Below are positions 32,971 to 41,343 of a DNA stretch of 64,000 nt, piece after piece. Position 1 is the first letter of the stretch, and each line of letters begins with the position of its first letter. Location of the stretch: contig JANJTX010000151.1 of assembly GCA_024710875.1 (NCBI GenBank), positions 3,173 through 67,172 of the forward strand, written 5' to 3'. The position numbers and the translations under genes were made by a program. This DNA comes from Anaerolineales bacterium. GTDB lineage: Bacteria > Chloroflexota > Anaerolineae > Anaerolineales > UBA11579. The notes beneath the pieces were generated by a model. It was not told where the DNA came from. It worked only from the letters and a program-made list of their open reading frames with translations, and did no database searches.

Positions 32971-33684
32971 TTACCCGCCCCTGATTCGCTCCAGCATCAT
33001 GTACTCAGCCACTTTGAAATCCAGTTCCTCATCAATATCCACCGCTTCGTCGCGCGGGATTTCAAACATGCGCGGCCGCGCCCCAAGGCGGTGGTTACGC
33101 GCCACCAGATTTTCACGCGTGAAAATGTAAATGCAGGAGTTTTCTTCGTAAATCGGGGGGAGGTCCTGGGTGCGCAGCAGTTCGCCCGGGTTGTGGTTCA
33201 CCGCTTGCCCGGCCGCATCATACAGCCGGGTTTGTAGGCGCGTGACAGAGAACAGCGAATCGTATTCGGCCCGCCCGGCCAGAAAAGCCTGGATCGCGCC
33301 GGAAATCGTCTCGGCTTTCAGCAGCGGATTGGTGCTGTGGGTTTGCAGGTAATAGTCGCTCGGGAATGCGGCGGTGTCATGCAGCAGGATGTCGTTCATC
33401 GGGATCATGCCATCCCGCAGGTGTTCGGGGCGCAGCAGGCGTTGCACCTGTGGGTATTCTTTTTCAAGGCCTTCCAGAATCACCGGGCTATCAGTATCCA
33501 CCACCACCCGCGTAACCTCCGCGCAGGCCAGCAGGGCTTCCAGAATGTGCTGGTATAGCGGTTTGCCCGCCAACGGGCGGTAGTTTTTGCCCGGTACCCG
33601 CTCCGAGGAGTGGCGCATGGGCAGCAGGGCGGTAAGGGTGGGTGTCGCTTGGGTCACGTCTGGCTCCGCATATTCTCTCGCCAT
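32971..33684 (-). CDS. Cytidylyltransferase (NeuA/SpsF-like family), paralog 2, divergent N-terminal motif
   Basis: LLPMRHSSERVPGKNYRPLAGKPL is a P-x-R-x-x-S-x-R-x-P-x-K-N variant. The start is set at MAREYAE, because the upstream 67 codons of the track ORF look non-coding. Confidence 0.7.
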   Translation of the reverse strand: MAREYAEPDVTQATPTLTALLPMRHSSERVPGKNYRPLAGKPLYQHILEALLACAEVTRVVVDTDSPVILEGLEKEYPQVQRLLRPEHLRDGMIPMNDILLHDTAAFPSDYYLQTHSTNPLLKAETISGAIQAFLAGRAEYDSLFSVTRLQTRLYDAAGQAVNHNPGELLRTQDLPPIYEENSCIYIFTRENLVARNHRLGARPRMFEIPRDEAVDIDEELDFKVAEYMMLERIRGG

Positions 33685-33772
33685 TATACGGGAAAGCCTT
33701 CGGCAAAGGGACAACCATGCCGGATTTATGGGACATCTGCCCCTGCTCGCGTCTGTCCGCTGGGTTGACAAT

Positions 33773-33792
33773 ATATTCAGGAATTTGAATAT
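33773..33792. promoter_or_regulatory. ArsR/SmtB-type operator candidate
   Basis: ATATTCA-ggaatt-TGAATAT is a perfect 7-bp inverted repeat. It overlaps the arsR-family start codon and sits just downstream of a TTGACA hexamer at 33765-33770. Confidence 0.55.
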
Positions 33793-34153
33793 GAAACCCC
33801 CGAGCTTTGAATCCGCCGCCAGCCACACCCTGCAAGCCTTGCGCCAGCCCTTCCGCATCCGACTTTTGCGCGCCATTGGCAGCAACGAATGCTGTGTGTG
33901 CCATCTGGAGGCTCAATTGGGCCAGCGTCAGGCTTACATCTCTCAACACCTGATGGCGTTACGGGCGGCGGGTTTGCTGCGGGCACGGCGGCGCGGCAAG
34001 TTTGTGTATTACCGGCTGGCAAAACCAGCCGTGCTGGACCTACTGGAAGCCGCTGCCGCTTTGGGCGGAATAGAAGTGGAGCCGCTTCCGCTGTTGCCAG
34101 CACAAGAAGACTGCGCCTGTGCAGCCTGTCAGACATCTATAGAAGACAGATAG
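33791..34153 (+). CDS. ArsR/SmtB family metalloregulator
   Basis: The helix-turn-helix region ECCVCHLEAQLGQRQAYISQHLMALRAAGLL is an ELCVCDL-like metal site. A C-terminal Cys cluster CACAAC is also present. Confidence 0.85.
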   Translation: MKPPSFESAASHTLQALRQPFRIRLLRAIGSNECCVCHLEAQLGQRQAYISQHLMALRAAGLLRARRRGKFVYYRLAKPAVLDLLEAAAALGGIEVEPLPLLPAQEDCACAACQTSIEDR

Positions 34154-34166
34154 AAAAGGAGCTACC

Positions 34167-34412
34167 ATGTTGGAAATAAAAGTCCTCGGTCCCGGTTGCG
34201 CCAATTGCAAGCGACTGGAACAAATGGCCGAACGCGCGATCAGCGAACTTGGCCTGCAAGCCACGATCCTCAAAGTTACAGATTATGAGGAAATCATGGA
34301 TCTGGGTGTGATGAGTACCCCCGGGCTGGTCATCAACGGGCAGGTGGTCGTCAGTGGTCGTCTGCCACTGATGCAGGAAGTAAGCGACTGGCTGGCGGCC
34401 GCTGCCGGATAA
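34167..34412 (+). CDS. Small thioredoxin-fold protein (redox-active disulfide protein 2-like)
   Basis: The 81-aa protein carries the GPGCANCKRL CxxC motif and ...MSTPGLVINGQVV. Confidence 0.8.
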   Translation: MLEIKVLGPGCANCKRLEQMAERAISELGLQATILKVTDYEEIMDLGVMSTPGLVINGQVVVSGRLPLMQEVSDWLAAAAG

Positions 34413-34416
34413 CCCC

Positions 34417-35721
34417 ATGCCCACTCTGTTGAGTCTGATAGAAGTAGGCTGGCTGGCGCTGCTGGACTACCTGGCGGCGCACGTCATCCTTTGCCTGTTG
34501 CCGGCGTTCTTCATCGCTGGTGCGCTTTCCACTCTCATCCCCAAAGAGGCCATTACCCGCTATCTGGGGCCGGATGCCAGCAAGTGGGTATCGTACCCGG
34601 CGGCGGCGTTGGGCGGCTTTGTTCTGGCGGTGTGTTCCTGCACCATCCTGCCATTGTTCGCTGGCATCTGGCGGCGCGGGGCCGGGTTGGGGCCGGCGAT
34701 TACCTTTTTGTTCGTAGGGCCGGCAGTCAATATCCTGGCCATCGCCTACACCGGCGCGGCCCTGGGGCTGGACTTCGCCACCGCCCGCATTGTGCTGGCT
34801 TTAAGCTTCGGGCTCATCATCGGGTTACTAATGGCCTTTTTCTTCCGGCATGAAGTTCGGGAAAAACCCAAAGCGGCTTTTGGCAGCGAGGAACGTATCC
34901 GCCCCGCCGTTTGGGCATTTCTGGGGTTGATGATTCTGTTGCTGGTGGCGGGCACCCTCCAAATTGACCTGCTGACCAACGCGGCCCTGAGCTGGCAGAT
35001 TGCGAATCACCTGCCCAACTCTCTGCAAACCGGGCTAAACAGCCTGCACCTGACTGCACAGGGCGCCTTGCTGGTGGCGTTACTGGTGTTGCTGGGCGGT
35101 GCGGGCTGGCTGGGCCTGGAAAAGGTGCTTGACGGCTTTTCCGGCTGGACGCGCCTGGCCCTGGCGCTCGTGGCCCTGACGATGCTGGCCGCCGCGCCGG
35201 TAGTTACAGAAACCAACAGCTACCTGATTGAGATTACCGGGCGCACACTGGCCGTTACCCTGCTGCTGGCGGCCATTGCGCTGGTGGCCTGGCGCGGCTT
35301 CAGCCACAGTGAACTGGCTGGCTGGTTGTGGGAAACCTGGAAGTTCGTAAAGCAAATCTTCCCCATCCTCATTCTGGGCGTTTTCCTGGCTGGTGTAGCC
35401 CGTGCGCTGGTGCCGGGAGCGTGGGTGCAGTCATTGGCGGGCGAAAACACCCTACTGGCGAACTTCCTCGGCGTGGTATTTGGCGTATTCATGTACTTCC
35501 CCACCCTGGTGGAAGTGCCGGTTGCGCGCGCATTTCTTGACCTGGGTATGCACCGCGGGCCACTGCTGGCCTACCTGCTGGCCGACCCGGAACTCTCGTT
35601 GCAAAGCATGCTGGTTACCGGCCGCATTTTGGGGCGAAGCAAAACCATCGTGTATGTGGTGCTGGTGGCAATTTTCAGCACGGTGGCCGGGTATGCCTTT
35701 GGCTTGTGGGTAACCCCGTAA
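34417..35721 (+). CDS. Permease (ArsP/DUF318-like)
   Basis: The 434-aa polytopic protein has a conserved CSC motif (AVCSCTILPLF). It shows the usual genetic linkage to ArsR plus a thioredoxin-like protein. Confidence 0.7.
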   Translation: MPTLLSLIEVGWLALLDYLAAHVILCLLPAFFIAGALSTLIPKEAITRYLGPDASKWVSYPAAALGGFVLAVCSCTILPLFAGIWRRGAGLGPAITFLFVGPAVNILAIAYTGAALGLDFATARIVLALSFGLIIGLLMAFFFRHEVREKPKAAFGSEERIRPAVWAFLGLMILLLVAGTLQIDLLTNAALSWQIANHLPNSLQTGLNSLHLTAQGALLVALLVLLGGAGWLGLEKVLDGFSGWTRLALALVALTMLAAAPVVTETNSYLIEITGRTLAVTLLLAAIALVAWRGFSHSELAGWLWETWKFVKQIFPILILGVFLAGVARALVPGAWVQSLAGENTLLANFLGVVFGVFMYFPTLVEVPVARAFLDLGMHRGPLLAYLLADPELSLQSMLVTGRILGRSKTIVYVVLVAIFSTVAGYAFGLWVTP

Positions 35722-35758
35722 CGCGTGAATTTGTTGGGCGGGTATAATTTTCGCACCC

Positions 35759-36859
35759 ATGCCCGCCCAACTTCCGCTGGACCAGATACTGCAAGGCGAT
35801 TGCATCCAGACGCTGGCCGATTTACCGGCTGAAAGCGTGGACCTCGTCTTTGCTGACCCACCCTATAACCTTCAACTCCAAAACGACCTCTACCGCCCCA
35901 ACCGCACCAAGGTCAGCGCGGTGGACGATGCCTGGGACCAGTTCGCCGACTTTGCCGCCTACGACGACTTCACCCGCGCCTGGCTGGCAGCCTGCCGCCG
36001 GGTGCTCAAACCCAGCGGGGCGTTGTGGGTCATCGGCACTTATCACAACATCCACCGCATTGGCGCGCTGTTGCAGGACCTCGACTTCTGGCTATTGAAC
36101 TCGATTGTGTGGGTCAAAACCAACCCCATGCCGAATTTTCGCGGGGTGCGCTTTACCAACGCCCATGAAACCCTGCTGTGGGCGCAAAAAGAGCGCGGCG
36201 CGCCCTACACGTTTCACCACCACGCCATGAAGGGGCTGAATGACGACAAGCAGATGCGCAGCGATTGGGAAATCCCACTGTGCAGCGGAGCCGAGCGCAT
36301 CAAAATCAACGGCGAACGCGCCCACTCAACCCAGAAACCGGAAGCCCTGCTCTACCGGGTGATTCTCGCCAGCACCCACCCGGGCGATGTGATTCTGGAC
36401 CCGTTTTTTGGCAGCGGTACAACCGGCGCAGTCGCCAAAAAACTGCGCCGCCATTGGATTGGCATAGAACGCGACCCGGCCTATATCGAAGTCGCCCGGG
36501 CGCGCATCGCCGCCATCCCGACCCCCACAACAGCAGACACCCTGTTTGCCACGCCCAACCCGCGCAAACTGCCGCGCCTGCCCTTTGGCCGCCTGCTGGA
36601 AGCCGGGCTGCTGCAACCCGGCCAGAAACTCTTCCTTAGAAAATCTGGAGAGATTTTTGCGCAGGTACGCGCCGACGGGTTGCTGGAGTACAATCAGCAG
36701 CGCGCCTCGATTCACGCTCTGGCACGCGACCTCGCCAACGGCCCGGCCAATGGCTGGGAAGTCTGGCACTACGAGCAGGACGGCCAGCGTTACCCGATTG
36801 ACCGCCTGCGCCAGCAGTTGCGCCAGCAGGATTCTGAAATCAAAAACTCTATTTCATAA
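35759..36859 (+). CDS. Beta-class N6-adenine DNA methyltransferase, CcrM-like, no adjacent endonuclease
   Basis: Motif IV (FADPPYN) precedes motif I (DPFFGSGTTGAVA). The length of about 366 aa includes a C-terminal extension (RLPFGRLLEAGLL...) as in CcrM-type enzymes. Confidence 0.85.
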   Translation: MPAQLPLDQILQGDCIQTLADLPAESVDLVFADPPYNLQLQNDLYRPNRTKVSAVDDAWDQFADFAAYDDFTRAWLAACRRVLKPSGALWVIGTYHNIHRIGALLQDLDFWLLNSIVWVKTNPMPNFRGVRFTNAHETLLWAQKERGAPYTFHHHAMKGLNDDKQMRSDWEIPLCSGAERIKINGERAHSTQKPEALLYRVILASTHPGDVILDPFFGSGTTGAVAKKLRRHWIGIERDPAYIEVARARIAAIPTPTTADTLFATPNPRKLPRLPFGRLLEAGLLQPGQKLFLRKSGEIFAQVRADGLLEYNQQRASIHALARDLANGPANGWEVWHYEQDGQRYPIDRLRQQLRQQDSEIKNSIS

Positions 36860-36877
36860 CGCCAAGGAGAGAAAGAG

Positions 36878-38644
36878 ATGACCGAAGCCACCGCCGCCAA
36901 CCAACTGGGCCGCTGGGATTTAAGCGACCTCTACCCCGGGCCAGCTACCCCCGAACTGGACGCCGCCTTCAAGGAACTCGAAAGCCGGGTCACGAAATTC
37001 GAGGGGCTGCGCGAAAAACTCTCGGCCGATATGGATTTTGAAGAGTTCATGGATGCCCTCGAACATCAGGAAGCCTCCAGCCGCATCGCCAACCGGGTCG
37101 CCCAGTTTGCCGGGCTGTACTTTTCTGAAGACACCCAGAATCAGACCGCCCAGAGCCTGCAGGCCAAGGTCGACCAGTTTATGGCCACCATGCAGAACCG
37201 TACCCTGTTCTTCAGCCTGTGGTGGAAAGGGCTGGAGCAGGACGCCGCTGACCGCCTGATGAAGGATGCTGGCGAATACAAATACTTCCTGCAGCAAATT
37301 CGCAATTTCAAGCCCTACACCTTGAGCGAAGCCGAGGAGAAAATCCTCAACATCAAGAACGTGACCGGCCAAAGCGCCCTGCAAACCCTGTACAGCATGA
37401 TCACCGACCGCTATGTCTTCCGTCTGGAAGTGGATGGCGAAATCAAGGAAATGACCCGCGGCCAGCTCATGACCCTCGTTCAGGGCCCCAACCCGGACCT
37501 GCGCGCCGCAGCCTACCAGGAACTCTACAAGGTCTATGGCAACGACGGCCCGATTTTGGGCAACATGTACCAGACTCTGGTGCGCGATTACCACAACGAG
37601 AACATTGACCTGCGCGGTTTCGAAGCGCCGATTGCCGTCCGCAACCTGACCAATGACATCCCGGATGAGGTCGTGGAAACCCTGCTGAATGTCGCCCAGA
37701 AGAACGGCGGCGTGTTCCAGCGTTTCTTCAAGATGAAAGCCCGCCTGCTGAAGATGGACAAACTGCGCCGCTACGACATCTACGCTCCGGTATCCGCCTC
37801 CGACAAGAAATATGACTGGCGCGAAGCGGTGCAGATGACGCTCGACTCGTTTGGCGGGTTTGACGGCCAGGTGAAGACTCTCGCCCAGCGCGTTTTTGAT
37901 GAAGACCACATTGACAGCGAAGTGCGCAAGGGCAAGCGCGGCGGGGCCTTCTGCTCCTCCGGCGACCCGGCCGTTACCCCATTCGTGCTGGTGAACTACG
38001 ACGGCAGCGCCCGCGATGTCAGCACCCTGGCGCACGAACTCGGCCATGCCATCCACGCCATGCTTGCCGAACACCATAACGTCTTCAACTTCCACAGCAC
38101 CCTGCCGCTGGCTGAAACCGCCAGCACATTCTATGAAATGGTGCTGGTGGATTACATGCTGGCTCATGAGAAGGACGAAGCGGTCAAGCGCGACATCCTG
38201 TTCGCCCAGGTGGATGACAACTACGCCACCATCATGCGCCAGATTTTCTTCGCCATCTTTGAGCGCACCGCTCACAAGATGGTGCAGGAAGGCGCTTCAG
38301 TGGATGAGTTGAATGCCGCCTACATGGAAAACCTCAAGACCCAGTTTGGCGATGCGCTCGAAATCGGCGAAGAGTTCAAATGGGAATGGGTCTCCATCCC
38401 GCACATCTACTACTACCCCTTCTATGTATACGCCTATGCCTTTGGGCAGTTGCTGGTGCTGGCGCTCTACCAGCAGTACAAGAAGGAAGGCCAGTCGTTC
38501 GTGCCGCGCTTCCTGAAGATTCTGTCCTCGGGTGGCTCGATGCCGCCGGTCGAAATTCTGGACGCCGCCGGGGTGGACATCCGCAAGGCAGAGTTCTGGC
38601 AGGGCGGCTTTGATGTCCTCGCCCGCATGGTGGACGAGCTCTAA
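36878..38644 (+). CDS. pepF: Oligoendopeptidase F (M3B family)
   Basis: The HELGHAIH zinc motif is present in a 588-aa protein. Confidence 0.9.
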   Translation: MTEATAANQLGRWDLSDLYPGPATPELDAAFKELESRVTKFEGLREKLSADMDFEEFMDALEHQEASSRIANRVAQFAGLYFSEDTQNQTAQSLQAKVDQFMATMQNRTLFFSLWWKGLEQDAADRLMKDAGEYKYFLQQIRNFKPYTLSEAEEKILNIKNVTGQSALQTLYSMITDRYVFRLEVDGEIKEMTRGQLMTLVQGPNPDLRAAAYQELYKVYGNDGPILGNMYQTLVRDYHNENIDLRGFEAPIAVRNLTNDIPDEVVETLLNVAQKNGGVFQRFFKMKARLLKMDKLRRYDIYAPVSASDKKYDWREAVQMTLDSFGGFDGQVKTLAQRVFDEDHIDSEVRKGKRGGAFCSSGDPAVTPFVLVNYDGSARDVSTLAHELGHAIHAMLAEHHNVFNFHSTLPLAETASTFYEMVLVDYMLAHEKDEAVKRDILFAQVDDNYATIMRQIFFAIFERTAHKMVQEGASVDELNAAYMENLKTQFGDALEIGEEFKWEWVSIPHIYYYPFYVYAYAFGQLLVLALYQQYKKEGQSFVPRFLKILSSGGSMPPVEILDAAGVDIRKAEFWQGGFDVLARMVDEL

Positions 38645-38681
38645 GCCCTGCCGGCCGCGTAACCTTGTTTTGACAGTATGC

Positions 38682-38714
38682 AAAGCGCCCTGCGAATTCG
38701 CAGGGCGCTTTTTG
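38682..38714. terminator. Bidirectional rho-independent terminator
   Basis: The GCGCCCTGCG-aatt-CGCAGGGCGC stem is flanked by AAA and TTTTT. It lies between convergent pepF (+) and a lipoprotein gene (-). Confidence 0.85.
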
Positions 38715-38734
38715 TTGGTAATCGACTGGATGTC

Positions 38735-39706
38735 TTAGCGGGTGTCGCGCAGATCCCACAGCCGCAGGTTCGTCATCGTGTAGGTGAAGTTATCAGTATC
38801 GCCGGCGTTCACATACAGACCGAAGCGCCCGCCGCTGAAAGTATCGTCAAAGGCGGTGGCAATCAGGTAACCATTGGCATAGATACTGATTTCGCCAGCG
38901 CGGATGAGCACGCCGAGTTTGTTGCTCTGGTTCGGCCCGGCCAGAATCAGGTCATCGGCCTGGTAGGCAAAGAGCGCATCGGCCGAGTAGGGATTGCTGC
39001 TGTTCAGGCGGCGCAGCAGGTAGGTGCCATCGCAGGCAAACGCCACGATGTAGCCATGCGCCCCGGTGCTGCTGGTGCCGGCCTCCGGGCCGTACAAAAT
39101 CAGCCCATACGAGGAGCGCCCGCTGCACACTGCACCGGTGGTGACATCCATTTCTACATACAGCTCTTCCAGATAGGGGCCGGAGAACCACCAGGTATCA
39201 AACTCGCGGAACTTGCCGGTCACGCTGATGTTGCCAGCCGCATCGCTGGTCATCTGGATTTCGCTGGTATTCGGCAGGCGGCCGGTCGATCGGTCGGCCC
39301 AGTATTGCGTGCCCATGGCAGCATGCGTGAGGCGCGGCCCGCCAAAAGCCAGCACCGGGTCAAAAGGCGGGTCAGAGGGGGTCGGTGCCGGGGTGCGGCT
39401 GGCGGTGGGTTGGGCAGCCTGGGTGGCGGCTTGCTCGGCCTGCTCGGTCTCCACGATCGGTTCGGGCGTGACGCTCGGTTCAGGCGTGGGGCTGAAGGCG
39501 CTGGTGGGGGTGATGATGAAGGGCGTGGGGGTCGGCGCGGCCGGGCTGTCGCCGGTGGGGGCGGCGCTGGGGCTGGCCAGAACAATCACCGCCGTGGGGG
39601 CGGCCAGAGTCGGGAATTCAAACGGTGTCGGTTCGGCGATGGGCGCGCTGCGCACGCAAGCCGCCAGTACCAGCGAAGACATCAGCAGAAGGGCAAGTCG
39701 TTTCAT
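38735..39706 (-). CDS. Secreted lipoprotein with Pro/Thr-rich linker and C-terminal beta-rich (jelly-roll-like) domain
   Basis: MKRLALLLMSSLVLAAC reads as a lipobox. A long PT-rich linker follows. The C-terminus is ...FSGGRFGLYVNAGDTDNFTYTMTNLRLWDL. Function is unknown. Confidence 0.6.
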   Translation of the reverse strand: MKRLALLLMSSLVLAACVRSAPIAEPTPFEFPTLAAPTAVIVLASPSAAPTGDSPAAPTPTPFIITPTSAFSPTPEPSVTPEPIVETEQAEQAATQAAQPTASRTPAPTPSDPPFDPVLAFGGPRLTHAAMGTQYWADRSTGRLPNTSEIQMTSDAAGNISVTGKFREFDTWWFSGPYLEELYVEMDVTTGAVCSGRSSYGLILYGPEAGTSSTGAHGYIVAFACDGTYLLRRLNSSNPYSADALFAYQADDLILAGPNQSNKLGVLIRAGEISIYANGYLIATAFDDTFSGGRFGLYVNAGDTDNFTYTMTNLRLWDLRDTR

Positions 39707-39763
39707 ACGATTGAGGATAGCATAAAAGCCTGAAACGCGAATTGAAATGCGCAACCGCGCAGG

Positions 39764-40294
39764 CTACCCCCCCTCCATACGATAGGCCACCGCGGTCATA
39801 TCTCCCACAAACTCCGGCAGGCCGGTATGACCCAGCAGTTGCCGTACCGCCAGGCCCTCGCCAAGGTGATACCAGTAATGATAAATGTTGCGGTACAGCA
39901 TCGTGCCGATGCTCTCGGGCAAGGTGCGGCCTTTAAAGTCGATGTGCTGGCTCAATTTTTCCGTCGTCAGCGTCTCCAGAAACGTATCGGCGGCGTCGGT
40001 GATGTCGCGCCACGCCGCCCACATGGCGCTCACGTCCGGCGTGCTGGGTGGGCGGCCGCTGGCGGTCAGTTCCACCACCTGCGGGTGCAGTTTGATGTCC
40101 TGGGCGGCCCGCACCCAGTAGTAATTTTCCTGGCTGGCCAGATGCCCCACCATCCAGCCGATGCAGTTCAGCGCCTCAAAGCGGCGGCGGCCTTCCTCAT
40201 CCGTCACGCCCGCCAGCCCGCGGGCAAACTCAGTCCGCGCAAAACGCAGTTGTACCACCAGTGGGTGCGGCATAACGGTCTCCATTTCAGCCAA
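39764..40294 (-). CDS. DinB family protein
   Basis: This is a four-helix-bundle-type protein of about 175 aa with spaced His residues (GWMVGH..., YHYWYHLGE). The exact start is uncertain. Confidence 0.7.
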   Translation of the reverse strand: MAEMETVMPHPLVVQLRFARTEFARGLAGVTDEEGRRRFEALNCIGWMVGHLASQENYYWVRAAQDIKLHPQVVELTASGRPPSTPDVSAMWAAWRDITDAADTFLETLTTEKLSQHIDFKGRTLPESIGTMLYRNIYHYWYHLGEGLAVRQLLGHTGLPEFVGDMTAVAYRMEGG

Positions 40295-41249
40295 AGATAT
40301 ATTTCAGGGCGTAAGCCAGGCGGTCGTTGAAATCCGCCGGGTATTCGTGCGCCAACCCGGGGATGGTTTCCAATTCAGTAGAAACACCGTGCTGGTTGAG
40401 GCGCGCTACCAGTTCGCGGATGTTGTCGAGCGGGATGGTGGCATCCGCCTCGCCGGCCAGAATCAGGCCGCGCAGCCCGCGGCCGCGGCCCTGCTCCAGC
40501 AACGGCTGCCACTGGTCGAGGTCATCCATGTAGGGGCCGCCGGGGCCAATCAGCACAAAGCCCTGGGCCGGAATCTGGCCGGAGAGCGCCAGCCCCAGCG
40601 CGACTTCGCCGCCCATCGAGAAGCCGCCCAATAGAATCTGGGTTGGGTCCACGTTGTACTGGCGACCCACGCTGGCAAAGTGGCCTGCGACCTCCTCGGC
40701 CGCGCTTTCATAATCCGCCCAGGCATAGGCTCCCGCCCACATGGCGCGGGCCGACTGCGGCAGGCCCACCAGCCAGCCGCGCAGCGCCAGCGGACTCCAG
40801 CGCGGCAGATTGGCCTGCACGCTGTCCATATTGCCATGTAAGAAGAAAGCCAGCGGGCAACCTGGGCCGTCGGCAGCGCAGGCGGCTTCCGGGCGCACCA
40901 CCAGCACCGGCAGGGCGGCGGCCGGGTCGGCGGCCTGCATCTGGGCGCAGATGGCCGCCACGCGCTCGAATTCATCTTTGCCCTGCAAACCCGCAAACGA
41001 GGGCGATTGGCGCATGATGAGGTCGGAGTACCAGGTGCCGGCCGTCAGGCTGGTTTCCAGTATCTGGCAGGCGAGGGCCGGTTGTTCCATGCGGGCGGCA
41101 AAGCAGGCCCGCCAGTAGTTAATCAGCGGGAAATCATCCGGGTGGTCGAGCAGGGCGGCGGTGGTGTAATCCAGCCCCTGCTGGTAGGTCTGGGCGGCAA
41201 AGTGCTGCTGCACCTGCGCCCCAATCTGTTGCATGTTTTCAAGGGTCAT
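40287..41249 (-). CDS. Alpha/beta hydrolase (carboxylesterase/phospholipase-like) with helical N-terminal domain
   Basis: The GGFSMGG nucleophile elbow, a late LAGEADATIP segment and GLAHEY (His) are present. Confidence 0.7.
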   Translation of the reverse strand: MTLENMQQIGAQVQQHFAAQTYQQGLDYTTAALLDHPDDFPLINYWRACFAARMEQPALACQILETSLTAGTWYSDLIMRQSPSFAGLQGKDEFERVAAICAQMQAADPAAALPVLVVRPEAACAADGPGCPLAFFLHGNMDSVQANLPRWSPLALRGWLVGLPQSARAMWAGAYAWADYESAAEEVAGHFASVGRQYNVDPTQILLGGFSMGGEVALGLALSGQIPAQGFVLIGPGGPYMDDLDQWQPLLEQGRGRGLRGLILAGEADATIPLDNIRELVARLNQHGVSTELETIPGLAHEYPADFNDRLAYALKYIFG

Positions 41250-41343
41250 ACGGCCTCCTGCGCAAATCTTAGCATAGAAGCGCCCGCCCGCCGCCGCCCG
41301 TTATGGTATTCTTAATTCATCTTTTTTCAGGAGCGCCGCACAC

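Noticed and set aside
33685-33885. N-terminal 67-codon extension of the cytidylyltransferase ORF
   Set aside because: The extension is basic and low-complexity and runs into the divergent arsR promoter and operator. The conserved cytidylyltransferase motif begins shortly after the internal Met at 33684.
35759-36859. Restriction-modification system
   Set aside because: The neighbours are a permease and pepF. No endonuclease-like ORF is adjacent, so I treated the gene as an orphan methyltransferase.
36920-38275. 451-aa minus-strand ORF
   Set aside because: It is antisense to pepF, which carries the HExxH motif.
38678-39733. 351-aa plus-strand ORF
   Set aside because: It is a Gly/Arg/Ala-rich shadow of the minus-strand lipoprotein gene. 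That gene has a lipobox and natural composition.
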